NCBI GenBank assembly: GCA_963814585.1
Contig: CAWFDF010000016.1
Location: forward strand, 1-64,000
DNA length: 64,000 nucleotides
Source of the DNA: an uncultured delta proteobacterium
GTDB taxonomy: Bacteria; Myxococcota; Myxococcia; Myxococcales; Anaeromyxobacteraceae
Direction of reading: 5' to 3'
The position numbers and the translations under genes were made by a program. How positions within the stretch are numbered: position 1 is the stretch's first letter; every line of letters starts with the position of its first letter. Below the pieces are notes generated by a model. That model had not been told where the DNA came from, did no database searches, and saw only the letters and a list, made by a program, of their open reading frames with translations. This document shows, in pieces, positions 31,869 through 40,571 of the stretch.

Positions 31869-33499
31869 ATGGCCCCCGCACTCCTCGCCTGCCTCACCTG
31901 GGCGCCCGCCCTGGTGGGGCTGGGGGCCGTCGTCCCCCACCGCGCCGATCCGGCGCTGAGGCTCGCCGTCGCCGGGCTGCTCGGCCTCGGCGTGGCCGGG
32001 GTGGCCGCGACGGTGGTCCACTTCGTGGCGCCGGTCACGCCCTGGGTGGCCCTGGCCATCTGGCTGGCGGGCCTGGCGCTGGCCGTCGCCCACCGGCGCT
32101 GGCTGCTCGAGGCGGCCGACCGGCGCCACCTGCTCCCGCTCGCCGCCCTGCTCGGCGCGGCGGCCTTCCTGGCCCGCTCCCCGGACTTCCAGTACGACAC
32201 CGGCTACTACCACCTGCAGCAGGTCGCCTGGCTCCAGCGCGCCTCGACCTACCTGGGCACCGCCAACGTCCACTACCGGCTCGGCTTCAACACCCTCTGG
32301 TCGCCCGTGGCGGCGGCGGTCGAGCTCCCCTGGCTCGAGGGCGAAGAGCGCCTTCTTCCTCAACCTGCTGCCCATCCTCTTCGCCGGGCAGGCGGTCCTG
32401 GTCGGGATCGCCGGCCTGCTCCGGGGCCGCTGGTCCTTCGCCGCCTGGCTCCTGGCCGGCGGCGCGCTCCCGCTGGCCAGCGCCACCTTCGGCGTGGGCG
32501 GGCTCTTCGTGGACTACTCGCTGGCGCTGGTGAGCTTCCTCGCCTGGGCGCTCTGGGCCGCGGCCCTGGAGCGTGGCGAGGGCGGGCTCGGCCCCGAGGC
32601 GCTCCCGGCGGCGCTGCTCTCGATCCTGGCGCTCCTGCTCAAGGCCTCGGCCGCCCCGCTCCTGGGCTTCGGCGTGGTCCTGCTCCTGGTGCGCCGCAGC
32701 TCGGTCGAGCGATCGACCTGGAGGGCGCTGGCCATCGCCGCCCCGGCGGCGGTCCTGCCCTGGCTGGCGCGCGGGGTGGCGCAGTCGGGCTGCCTGGTCT
32801 TCCCGGCGGCGCCCACCTGCCTGTCGTTCCTCCCCTGGGCGGTTCCACGTGACCGCGTGGCCGAGATCGCCCGGGTGATCGGCGACTGGGCCCGGGCGCC
32901 CGGGCTCAATGCTCCGCCCCTCTCCACCTGGGTGCCGCTCTGGCTGCCGGGCGTCCTGGCCGACTACCCGGAGGCGAAGCTGCTGCCGGCCATCTTCCTG
33001 CTCGGCCTCGCGCTCCTGGCGGTGGTCCGGCCGCGCCTCACCGCGGCCTTCGCCTGGGTGACCGGCGGCGCGGCGCTCTCCAGCGCCTTCTGGTTCCTCA
33101 CGGCCCCCGACATGCGGTTCGGCCTCGGCGCCCTCCACGCGCTGGCCCTGGCCCCGGCGGCGCTGGCGCTCGGCGGGCTCGCGCTGGGCGAAGGTCCCGC
33201 CCCTGGCTCGGGTCGCGGCGGCCCTGGCTCCGGCGGTGCTGGCGGCGGGCCTGGTGCTGGCCCTCGACGGCCAGGAGCGGAGCGGCACCACCTTCAACCT
33301 GCCGCCGTGGCGCCCACCGGTGCTGGAGTGGCCGGTCATGCCGGAGGAGCGGATGGTCCGGGTGAGGACCAGGGCGGGGGTGGTGCTCTTCGCGCCCGAT
33401 TGAGGCGAGCGCTGCTGGGCCGCCCCGCTGCCCTGCACGCCGGAGCCGGACGACGCGCTGCGCTTCGACGGCTACTACCACGTGGGGCAGCGTCCCTGA
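31869..33499 (+). CDS. Polytopic membrane protein, GT-C-like (LIC_10190-like); frameshifts and an in-frame TGA at 33401
   Basis: YDTGYYHLQ..W, LG.ANVH.RLGFN, SGCLVFP, WFLTAPD.RFG, G.RCW.APLPCTP. Confidence 0.7.
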
Positions 33500-33674
33500 T
33501 GCCCTGACCCAGGCAAGATGCCTGCTGCGAGAGTCGATCCTCTCGCTGCGGCAGGCGGCCTCGTCGGTCCGCTGCTCAGGGTAGCGCTGCTGCGCTTCCG
33601 CTGCTCCCTCCGCGGGCGCCTGCCTCGCTTCGGTCTCGGCGCTCTCGTCACGTCATCTTGCCTGGATCGGGGCA
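33500..33674. repeat. 175-bp palindromic REP/MITE-like element, copy 1
   Basis: Terminal IR TGCCCTGACCCAGGCAAGATG / CATCTTGCCTGGATCGGGGCA; core near-identical to 53756-53930. Confidence 0.85.
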
Positions 33675-33756
33675 CTTGGCGCCCTGACTTCGGACCCGGG
33701 GCCTCGGCCGCCGGGCGAGGCGACGATCGAGCCCGGCGGCGTGCTAGACGTGGGGC

Positions 33757-35570
33757 ATGGTGCGCGCCTCCGGACCCTCGAACAAGGTGGACGAGCGCCT
33801 CGGGCTGGAGTGGCAGGGCGGTGGCCGGTCCGCGGTCGGGGCCCTGCCCGGCGCGGCGCTCCTGGCCGTCGTCGCGCTGGCCGCCTTCTGGCCCGCGCTC
33901 AGCGGCGGCTACGTGTTCGACGATCACGACCTGCTCGAGTCCGGCACCGTCGTCACCGGGTCGCTGGCGAGCCTCTGGCGCGGCTCCGGCGCCGACTACT
34001 GGCCGCTCACCTCGACGACCTTCTGGCTCGAGCACCGGCTGTTCGGGGGCTCACACCTCCTCGGCCACCTCGTCAACCTGGCGCTCCACGTCGTCACCGC
34101 GTTCCTGCTGTGGCGCGTGCTCCTCCGGCTCGCCGCTGCCGGGGGCCTACGCCGCGGCGCTGCTGTTCCTGGTCCACCCGGTCACGGTCGAGTCGGTGGC
34201 GTGGATCTCCGAGCGCAAGAACGTCCTCTCCGGGGCGCTGTTCATGGGGAGTGGTCTGGCCTGGCTGGCCTACCGATCCGCGGGCGGCTGGCACCGGCAG
34301 GTCTCGGCGCTGCTGCTCTTCCTGCTGGCCCTGCTCGCCAAGACCTCCACCGTCATGCTGCCGGTGGTGCTGGTCGGGCTGGAGCTGGCTTCGCCCACAG
34401 TCTGGCCGCCGCCGCCGCCTCCTGGCGCTCCTGCCTTTCTTCGCGCTGTCCCTGCTCCTCGGCTCGGTCACCCTGTGGTTCCAGTGGACCCGCGCGCTCG
34501 CCAGCACCGGAGACGCCCGCTCCGTGGCGGAGCGGCTGCTCTGGCCGGGGTGGACGGTGGCGACCTACCTGCGTCACGCCGTGCTGCCGATTGACCTGGC
34601 GCTGCTCTACCCGCCCTGGCCGGTCTCGCCCCGGACCTGGTGGTTCGCGGTGCCCACCTTCCTGGTGGCGGCGCTGCTCGCGGCGGCCTGGCGCTGGCGG
34701 TCCGGCCCGGGTCGTGGGCTCTTCGAGGCGCTCGCCTACCACGCCACCATGGTGCTGCCGGTGTCCGGGGTGGTCCACATCGCCTTCTTCCTGTGGAGCC
34801 CGGTCGCCAACCACCTGCAGTACCTGGCCCTGCCCGGACCGCTGGCGTGGGTGGCGTCGCTCCTGGCGGGGCTCCGGCCCGGGCGGTGGCGCCGCGCCGG
34901 GGCGGTCGTCGTGGCCGGCGTCGCCGTGGCCATGGCGACGTCGACGCACCTGCGAGCCCGCGCCTTCGAGGACGACTCCACGCTCTGGGCGGCGGCGGCC
35001 AGCCAGGCTCCGGACAGCCTCCACGCCAGCTGGATGCACGCCGTGGCGCTCCGCAAGTCCGGCCAGCCGGCCCGCGCCCTCGGCGTGCTGGCGGCGCTGG
35101 CCGAGGGGGCGAGCGACGAGGGGACCCGGCACGCCGGCCGCTGCCTCTGGTTCCTCGAGCTGCGCCGGAACGGCGAGGCGCTCGAGCAGGCCCTGGCCTT
35201 CGATCGGATCCGCCACGACCACATCTTCCAGCTCGACGTCTCGATCAAGCTCCTGACCCAGGGAGGGGCGGTCGAGGCCCTGGCGCTGCTGGTGCCGCTG
35301 GCGAGGCGGAACCCGGGCAGCTGGGAGGTCCGTCACTGGCAGCGCCGGGCCCTGGACGAGCTCAGGCTCGCCGGAGGGGCCAGGGAGGCGCTGCGCGCGG
35401 CCTGTGGCGGCTCGCCGCTGGACGGCTGGAGCTGCAGGACGCTCGCCGCGCTCGCCGCGGACGCGGGCGATCGCCAGGAGGCCCGCCGGAGCCTGGCCGC
35501 GGCGCTGGAGCGATCGCCGGCGGACCCCGAGGTGGAGCGGGAGCTGGCGGCGCTGGAGGGCAGCCTGTAG
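33757..35570 (+). CDS. Second TMTC-like membrane glycosyltransferase/TPR protein; frameshifted
   Basis: GYVFDD, DYWPLT..TFWLE..LFG, HLVNLALH, FLVHPVTVESVAWISERKNVL, LLAK, VANHLQY. Confidence 0.78.
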
Positions 35571-35672
35571 CGAGCCGGACCGCGTCGGGCGGGCCTGCCA
35601 TTGCCCAGCAAGGCCGGGCGCCGAGGCGCGAGGATCGGCTCTCTCCGGAGGCATCTCGTCCGGAGCGAGGCC

Positions 35673-36830
35673 CTAGCGCCTTCCGTTCCGCTGCGAGAGC
35701 TCGGCCATGAGCGGCGCGCCGCCCACCGGCACCCAGCCGCCGCCCTCGGCGCGGAGCACGGCGTGCACCCGGAGCGGCTGGTGGCTGGTGCGCGGGTCGA
35801 GCTCCTGGTGGAGCGGCAGGTTGAAGTAGTAGAGGCGCGTGCCGGTCCCGAAGCGGAGCCGGCAGGCCGGCGTGCCATGGAAGTCGTCGGTGGAGAACTC
35901 CGGCGTGGCCACCCGGGCCAGCCGGTGCCGGGGCCCGAGGAACACCGAGGAGACGCCGAAGCCGCCCGGGACGGGGTCGCCGAGCTCGCTCCCCTCGGAG
36001 CTGTTGCCGAAGACGGTGATGGTCTCCCTCACGCCGGGCGTGTCCTCCAGGTACTCGCCGTAGAACCCGGCCAGCACGTCCCGGTAGGCGCGGTGCTCGG
36101 GCTTGGGGTTGCACTGGATCACGAAGAGCGCGTCCAGGGTCCGGCGCGCCGCGAAGTACTGCTGGTTGGCGTGGTCGACGATGAGCCGGATGTTGGAGCC
36201 GTAGAGGTCCCGGTACAGGTAGTCGAGGCAGATCAGCACCATGAAGTGGAAGAAGGCCGGCTGGGCGCGGAACCACCAGAAGTGCCGGCCCCGGTACAGG
36301 TCGCCGGACTTGTCGAGGAACTCCTCGGCGCGGAACGGGTGGCTCTTGGCCTCGAAGAACACCCGCAGCCGCCCGCTCGCCTCCTTCACCGCCACGCAGC
36401 ACCAGTTCACCGGGATGTCGGGGAGCGCCCCGGCCGCCAGGTCGCGCTCGACCGCCGGGATGGCCAGCCGGTTGTCGTCGCCGAAGCGCACCAGGGTGTC
36501 GAGGTAGGCGCGCAGCGGGACGTGCTCCAGGCCGAACATGGTCACGGTGCTGGGCCGGAAGCGTTCGCGCACGATGGCGAGGGCGTCGTCGAGCCGCGAG
36601 GCGGGCAAGGCCGCCTCCGGGAAGGTGAGGAAGTGGAGCTTCTGGAAGCGATCGTCCCGCGCCACCAGCTCGAGCACCGAGGCCACGGTGCTCCACTGCG
36701 CCTCGCGGTCCCGCAGGGCGAACCCCTGCGCGGTGGCGATGACCCGCACCGGGACCTGGGCCACCAGGCAGTGGAGGTGGTTGCCCCGCGGGTAGTCGAG
36801 GTTGACCTCGGCCTCGAGGATCTGGATCAC
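35673..36830 (-). CDS. Uncharacterised protein with a probable carbon-nitrogen hydrolase (nitrilase) fold
   Basis: FLTFPE, N.C, EAKSHPF..EE, VLICLD fit the Glu-Lys-Cys triad order. Confidence 0.55.
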   Translation of the reverse strand: MIQILEAEVNLDYPRGNHLHCLVAQVPVRVIATAQGFALRDREAQWSTVASVLELVARDDRFQKLHFLTFPEAALPASRLDDALAIVRERFRPSTVTMFGLEHVPLRAYLDTLVRFGDDNRLAIPAVERDLAAGALPDIPVNWCCVAVKEASGRLRVFFEAKSHPFRAEEFLDKSGDLYRGRHFWWFRAQPAFFHFMVLICLDYLYRDLYGSNIRLIVDHANQQYFAARRTLDALFVIQCNPKPEHRAYRDVLAGFYGEYLEDTPGVRETITVFGNSSEGSELGDPVPGGFGVSSVFLGPRHRLARVATPEFSTDDFHGTPACRLRFGTGTRLYYFNLPLHQELDPRTSHQPLRVHAVLRAEGGGWVPVGGAPLMAELSQRNGRR

Positions 36831-37066
36831 GATGCCCGCCCCCTCGGTCCGCTCCGGCCCCAGCCGCCCGGCGGCGCCCGGCCCGATCGAGGGCGCCCTG
36901 CCGGCCGACCCCTCCACCTTGCGGCGGCGACGCCGGCGGGGCAACCGGCCTCACGGGGCGCCTGGCGAGCCGACGCCGGCCAAGCCCGGGCGGGTTCTCC
37001 CGAGGCGACCCACCGCGGCGACCGGACCAGGTTCGCTCCCCGGTCGGGGGGCCCCGGACAGGCAGC

Positions 37067-37095
37067 TTGACGGATGGCACCGCGCCCAGCACATT
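37067..37095 (+). promoter_or_regulatory. Putative sigma70 promoter of the ArsR/sulfur operon
   Basis: TTGACG-N17-CACATT. Confidence 0.45.
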
Positions 37096-37120
37096 CAACC
37101 ATTCAATTGACAATGATCAA
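37092..37120. promoter_or_regulatory. AT-rich operator: ATTCAA repeats (possible ArsR site) plus an FNR-like box TTGAC-AATG-ATCAA (37107-37120)
   Basis: CATTCAACCATTCAATTGACAATGATCAA overlapping the start codon. Confidence 0.55.
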
Positions 37121-37805
37121 TATCGAGACCCGTCGTCGATCGGCGCTCGCCCACTACGGCGAGATCGCCCGCCTGGGCAAGGCGATGGCCAGCCCGGTCC
37201 GGCTGCAGCTCCTCGACCTCCTCCGGCAAGGGCCGCGAACCGTCGAGGAGCTGGCCGGCACCGCCGGCGTCACCGTCGCCAACTCGTCTCGCCACCTCCA
37301 GCAGATGCGCTCCGCCCGGCTGGTGACCGCGGCGCGGGAGGGGCGCCACGTCCGCTACCGGCTGGCGGACGGCGGCGTCTCGGAGGCCTTCGGGATGCTC
37401 CGGGGCCTCGCCGAGACCCTGCTCCCCGAGATGGACCGGCTGCGGCGCGAGCTGGGCGCGCTCGAGGCCTCCGAGCGCCAGGCGCTGCTGTCCGACCTCC
37501 GCGGCGGACGGAGCACGCTCCTCGACGTCCGCCCCGCCGAGGAGTTCGAGGCGGGGCACCTGCCCGGGGCCCGATCGATCCCCCTCGACGAGCTGCCCTC
37601 GCGCCTCGACGAGCTCCCTCGCGACCGGCCGGTTGTCGCGTATTGCCGCGGCCCCTACTGCCCGCTTGCCGCGGACGCCGCGGAGATCTTGAGTCGGGCC
37701 GGCTACCGCGCCCGGCACCTCGACCTCGGCGTCCCGGACCTGACCCCGGCACGGCCGCACCGCAGCAGCAGCGCACTCCACCTTCGCACGAGGAAGTCCC
37801 GATGA
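37113..37805 (+). CDS. ArsR/SmtB transcriptional regulator fused to a rhodanese domain
   Basis: KAMASPVRLQLLDLL.QG.RTVE.LA...ANSSRHLQ; DVRP..EF.AGHLPGA; AYCRGPYC. Confidence 0.92.
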   Translation: MINIETRRRSALAHYGEIARLGKAMASPVRLQLLDLLRQGPRTVEELAGTAGVTVANSSRHLQQMRSARLVTAAREGRHVRYRLADGGVSEAFGMLRGLAETLLPEMDRLRRELGALEASERQALLSDLRGGRSTLLDVRPAEEFEAGHLPGARSIPLDELPSRLDELPRDRPVVAYCRGPYCPLAADAAEILSRAGYRARHLDLGVPDLTPARPHRSSSALHLRTRKSR

Positions 37806-38749
37806 GAGCCATCCACGCCGCCGTCGCGCTGTCCCTCCTCTCCCTGGCCACCCCGGCCCTGGCCGCCGACGAGTTCATCGGCCACGAGGAGGCCAAGGGG
37901 CTGGTCGGAAAGCCCAACGTCCGCTTCGTCTGGGCCGACGCCGAGAAGGAGCTCGTCAAGGGGCACATCCCCGGCTCGGTGGAGGCCTACGCCCACGACC
38001 TGCACCTCCTCGACGACGTCAAGGCGTGCAAGGGCCTGCCCATGTGCGAGCCGCGCGCCGGCAAGTTCATCGGCGAGAAGCTGGGCATCGACGCCGGCAC
38101 CGAGGTGGTGGTCTACGACGGCGGCCCCGGCGTCAACGCCAGCGGCGCCTGGTTCTTCCTCAAGCTCTACGGCGTGAAGAAGGTCCGCATCCTCGAGGGT
38201 GGGCTGGCCACCTGGAAGGCCCACGGCGGGCCGGTGGAGGCGGGCCCGCCGGCCAAGGTGGCGGCCAGGCCGTTCACGCCCGCCGTCGACTGGAGCATGA
38301 TCGCCGCGGTCGACGAGGTGAAGAAGGCCAGCGGCGACGCCGCGCACTACCTGCTGCTGGACTCCCGCCACAACCTCGACGAGTTCACCGGCAAGACGCT
38401 GCAGGGCGCCCTGGCCTCCCCGGACAAGGAGGAGACGGTGAAGCGCGGCGGCGCCATCCCCGGCGCGGTCTTCTCCCCGTGGAGCAAGTACGCCGGCAAC
38501 AAGGACGGCCAGGCCGACAAGCCGACGCTGAAGACCCAGGCCGACCTGGTGAAGCAGCTCGAGAAGCTGAAGAAGAACGGCTACGACCCCGCCAAGACGG
38601 TCATCAGCTACTGCCACGTCGGCCTCGGCCGCGGCTCCTTCCAGTACCTGGCCCTCCAGAAGGCCGGCCACAAGAACGTCAAGGTCTACGTCGGCTCCTG
38701 GGACGAGTGGGGCAACGACCCCTCGCTCCCGCTGGCCGCGCAGCCCTAG
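37802..38749 (+). CDS. Secreted tandem-domain sulfurtransferase (rhodanese)
   Basis: Signal peptide; GHIPGS, LGI....VVVYD, ILEGG..TW, G.IPGA, active site YCHVGLGRGS, VYVGSWDEW. Confidence 0.9.
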   Translation: MRAIHAAVALSLLSLATPALAADEFIGHEEAKGLVGKPNVRFVWADAEKELVKGHIPGSVEAYAHDLHLLDDVKACKGLPMCEPRAGKFIGEKLGIDAGTEVVVYDGGPGVNASGAWFFLKLYGVKKVRILEGGLATWKAHGGPVEAGPPAKVAARPFTPAVDWSMIAAVDEVKKASGDAAHYLLLDSRHNLDEFTGKTLQGALASPDKEETVKRGGAIPGAVFSPWSKYAGNKDGQADKPTLKTQADLVKQLEKLKKNGYDPAKTVISYCHVGLGRGSFQYLALQKAGHKNVKVYVGSWDEWGNDPSLPLAAQP

Positions 38750-38764
38750 CGCCCGGGAGCGTCC

Positions 38765-39892
38765 ATGCTCGGTCCCTTCCTCACGGGCGCCCTCACCGGC
38801 GCGGGCTTCGGGGTGGTGCTGTACAAGGTCGGCGCCACCCGCTACTCGCGCGTCATGGGGATGCTCACCCTGCGCGACACCAAGGTGATGAAGTTCGCCT
38901 TCACCGCCATCGGGGTGGCCTCCATCCTCTACGGCCTGGCCGCGGCGCTCGGCCTGGCCGAGGGGTGGGGGCTGGCGCCGCGGGTGATGCCCTGGCTGGG
39001 CGGCGCCCACCTGCTCGGCGGCGCGCTCTTCGGCGCCGGCCTGGGCATCTCCGGGCTCTGCCCCGGCACCTGCGTGGCCAAGTCGGGCGGGCGGGGCGGC
39101 GACAAGAAGTTCGCCACCCTGGGCGCGATGGTGGGGCTGGTCGCCGGCGTGCTCGTCTACGCCGCCATCAAGGACTGGCTGCTGGCCTCCGGCGTCATCG
39201 CCGCCAACCAGAAGCCGCTCACCGTCTACGGCGAGCTGGGGCTGCCCTACGCGGCGGCGGCGCTGGCCTGGGGGGCGCTCTTCGTGCTGATCGCCCTCTT
39301 CGCCGACCGGTTCACGCCGGAGAAGACCTACCAGCCGGCGCAGCCTCGCCAGGGGCTCCTCGACGTCGTGCGCGGCGAGTGGAGCTGGGTCGCCTCCGGC
39401 ACCGTGGGCGGCGTGCTGGTGGTGCTGGCCACCGCCCAGGGCGGCTACCTGGGCTTCTCGGGCGCGCTGCTGGCGGCCACCGGCTGGGCGGCCCAGGCGG
39501 TGGGCCACCCGCTCGAGCTGGTCCCTCGCATCAACGCCGACATCGTCTGGCGCGCCGCGCTGATCGTCGGCGTCTGGCCGGGCGCCTGGCTGGCGCACCG
39601 GGTCTCCCTCCCGTCGAGGGCGGCGGTGGAGGCCCCGGTGGCCAAGGTGCTCGACCCGGCCGCCATCGGCCGCAGCTTCGGCGCCGCCACCATGATGGCC
39701 GCCGGCGCGCTCATCGGCGGCGGCTGCACCACCGGCGCCTTCATCGCCGCCTGGCCGACCATGTCGCTGGGGAGCCTGGCCATGGCCGTGACCTTCTTCC
39801 TGGTCTCCATGGCGGTGGCCGGCGGCCGCAGCCTGGCCCACACCCTCGACGTCGGCGCCGCCCAGGCGGCGGGCGACCGCGTCTATGACTGA
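38765..39892 (+). CDS. YeeE/YedE-family sulfur-compound transporter (fused halves)
   Basis: GGALFGAGLGISGLCPGT and GALIGGGCTTG motifs; multiple TM segments. Confidence 0.85.
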   Translation: MLGPFLTGALTGAGFGVVLYKVGATRYSRVMGMLTLRDTKVMKFAFTAIGVASILYGLAAALGLAEGWGLAPRVMPWLGGAHLLGGALFGAGLGISGLCPGTCVAKSGGRGGDKKFATLGAMVGLVAGVLVYAAIKDWLLASGVIAANQKPLTVYGELGLPYAAAALAWGALFVLIALFADRFTPEKTYQPAQPRQGLLDVVRGEWSWVASGTVGGVLVVLATAQGGYLGFSGALLAATGWAAQAVGHPLELVPRINADIVWRAALIVGVWPGAWLAHRVSLPSRAAVEAPVAKVLDPAAIGRSFGAATMMAAGALIGGGCTTGAFIAAWPTMSLGSLAMAVTFFLVSMAVAGGRSLAHTLDVGAAQAAGDRVYD

Positions 39893-39902
39893 GAGGCGAG
39901 CC

Positions 39903-40040
39903 ATGACCACCCAGGTCAGAGTCCTCCTCGTCGCCGCCATCCTGGCCCTGGCCCTCGGCTGGGCCGGCCTGCGACGCGGCAACCAGGCGCTCGAGCTGCG
40001 CCTGGCCAGCCAGCCCGCGGCCGGGGAGCGGTCGCCATGA
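39903..40040 (+). CDS. 45-aa single-TM protein
   Basis: RBS GAGG; MTTQVRVLLVAAILALALGWAGLRRG...; stop overlaps the next ATG (ATGA). Confidence 0.55.
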   Translation: MTTQVRVLLVAAILALALGWAGLRRGNQALELRLASQPAAGERSP

Positions 40041-40507
40041 GGCGCGCCCGCCTCGAGCCGCTGGCCTACGCCGCGGCGCTGCTGGTGCTGGCCGGGCTCC
40101 TCGGCTTCGAGGGGCGCCGGCGCGTCGAGCTGGAGCGCCAGCTGCCGGTGGAGCCGAAGGAGCTGTACCGGCTGCTGGCCAGGACGCAGGCCACCTGGCA
40201 GCTCCTCGACATCCGGCCCGACCTGTCCGAGGGCTACGACGACGCCCACGTCCCGGGCGCCCTGCCGCTGCCCGGTTGCGACCCGGCGGCCGCGCCCGAG
40301 GCGGCCCGGGCCCGCATCCTCACCACCGTCCCCACCGTGGTGATCTCGGCCGAGGGCGGCGAGCCCGGCCTGCAGGAGTGCCTGGCCCGCTTCGCCTCGG
40401 CGCGCAGCCTGGCCGGCGGCATGGAGGCCTGGAGCGCGGCGAGCCTGCCGGAGGACTCCGGCGAGTACACCCCGCCGTCGGCCAAGGCCGGCGGCGGCTG
40501 CCTCTGA
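40037..40507 (+). CDS. Membrane-anchored rhodanese-like protein with C-terminal GGGCL
   Basis: LLDIRP, YDDAHVPGA, LAGGMEAW; no Cys at the canonical loop position. Confidence 0.75.
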   Translation: MRRARLEPLAYAAALLVLAGLLGFEGRRRVELERQLPVEPKELYRLLARTQATWQLLDIRPDLSEGYDDAHVPGALPLPGCDPAAAPEAARARILTTVPTVVISAEGGEPGLQECLARFASARSLAGGMEAWSAASLPEDSGEYTPPSAKAGGGCL

Positions 40508-40571
40508 CGAGGACGGCCGGGAAGAGGGCACGCGAGAGCGCGGAACGGAGCGGGAACGGAGGGAGACCGAC

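Noticed and set aside
33401..33403. In-frame TGA before GERCWAAPLPCTP as selenocysteine
   Set aside because: The position is not a Cys-equivalent redox site, there is no convincing SECIS, and the gene has other errors; more likely a miscall or nonsense mutation
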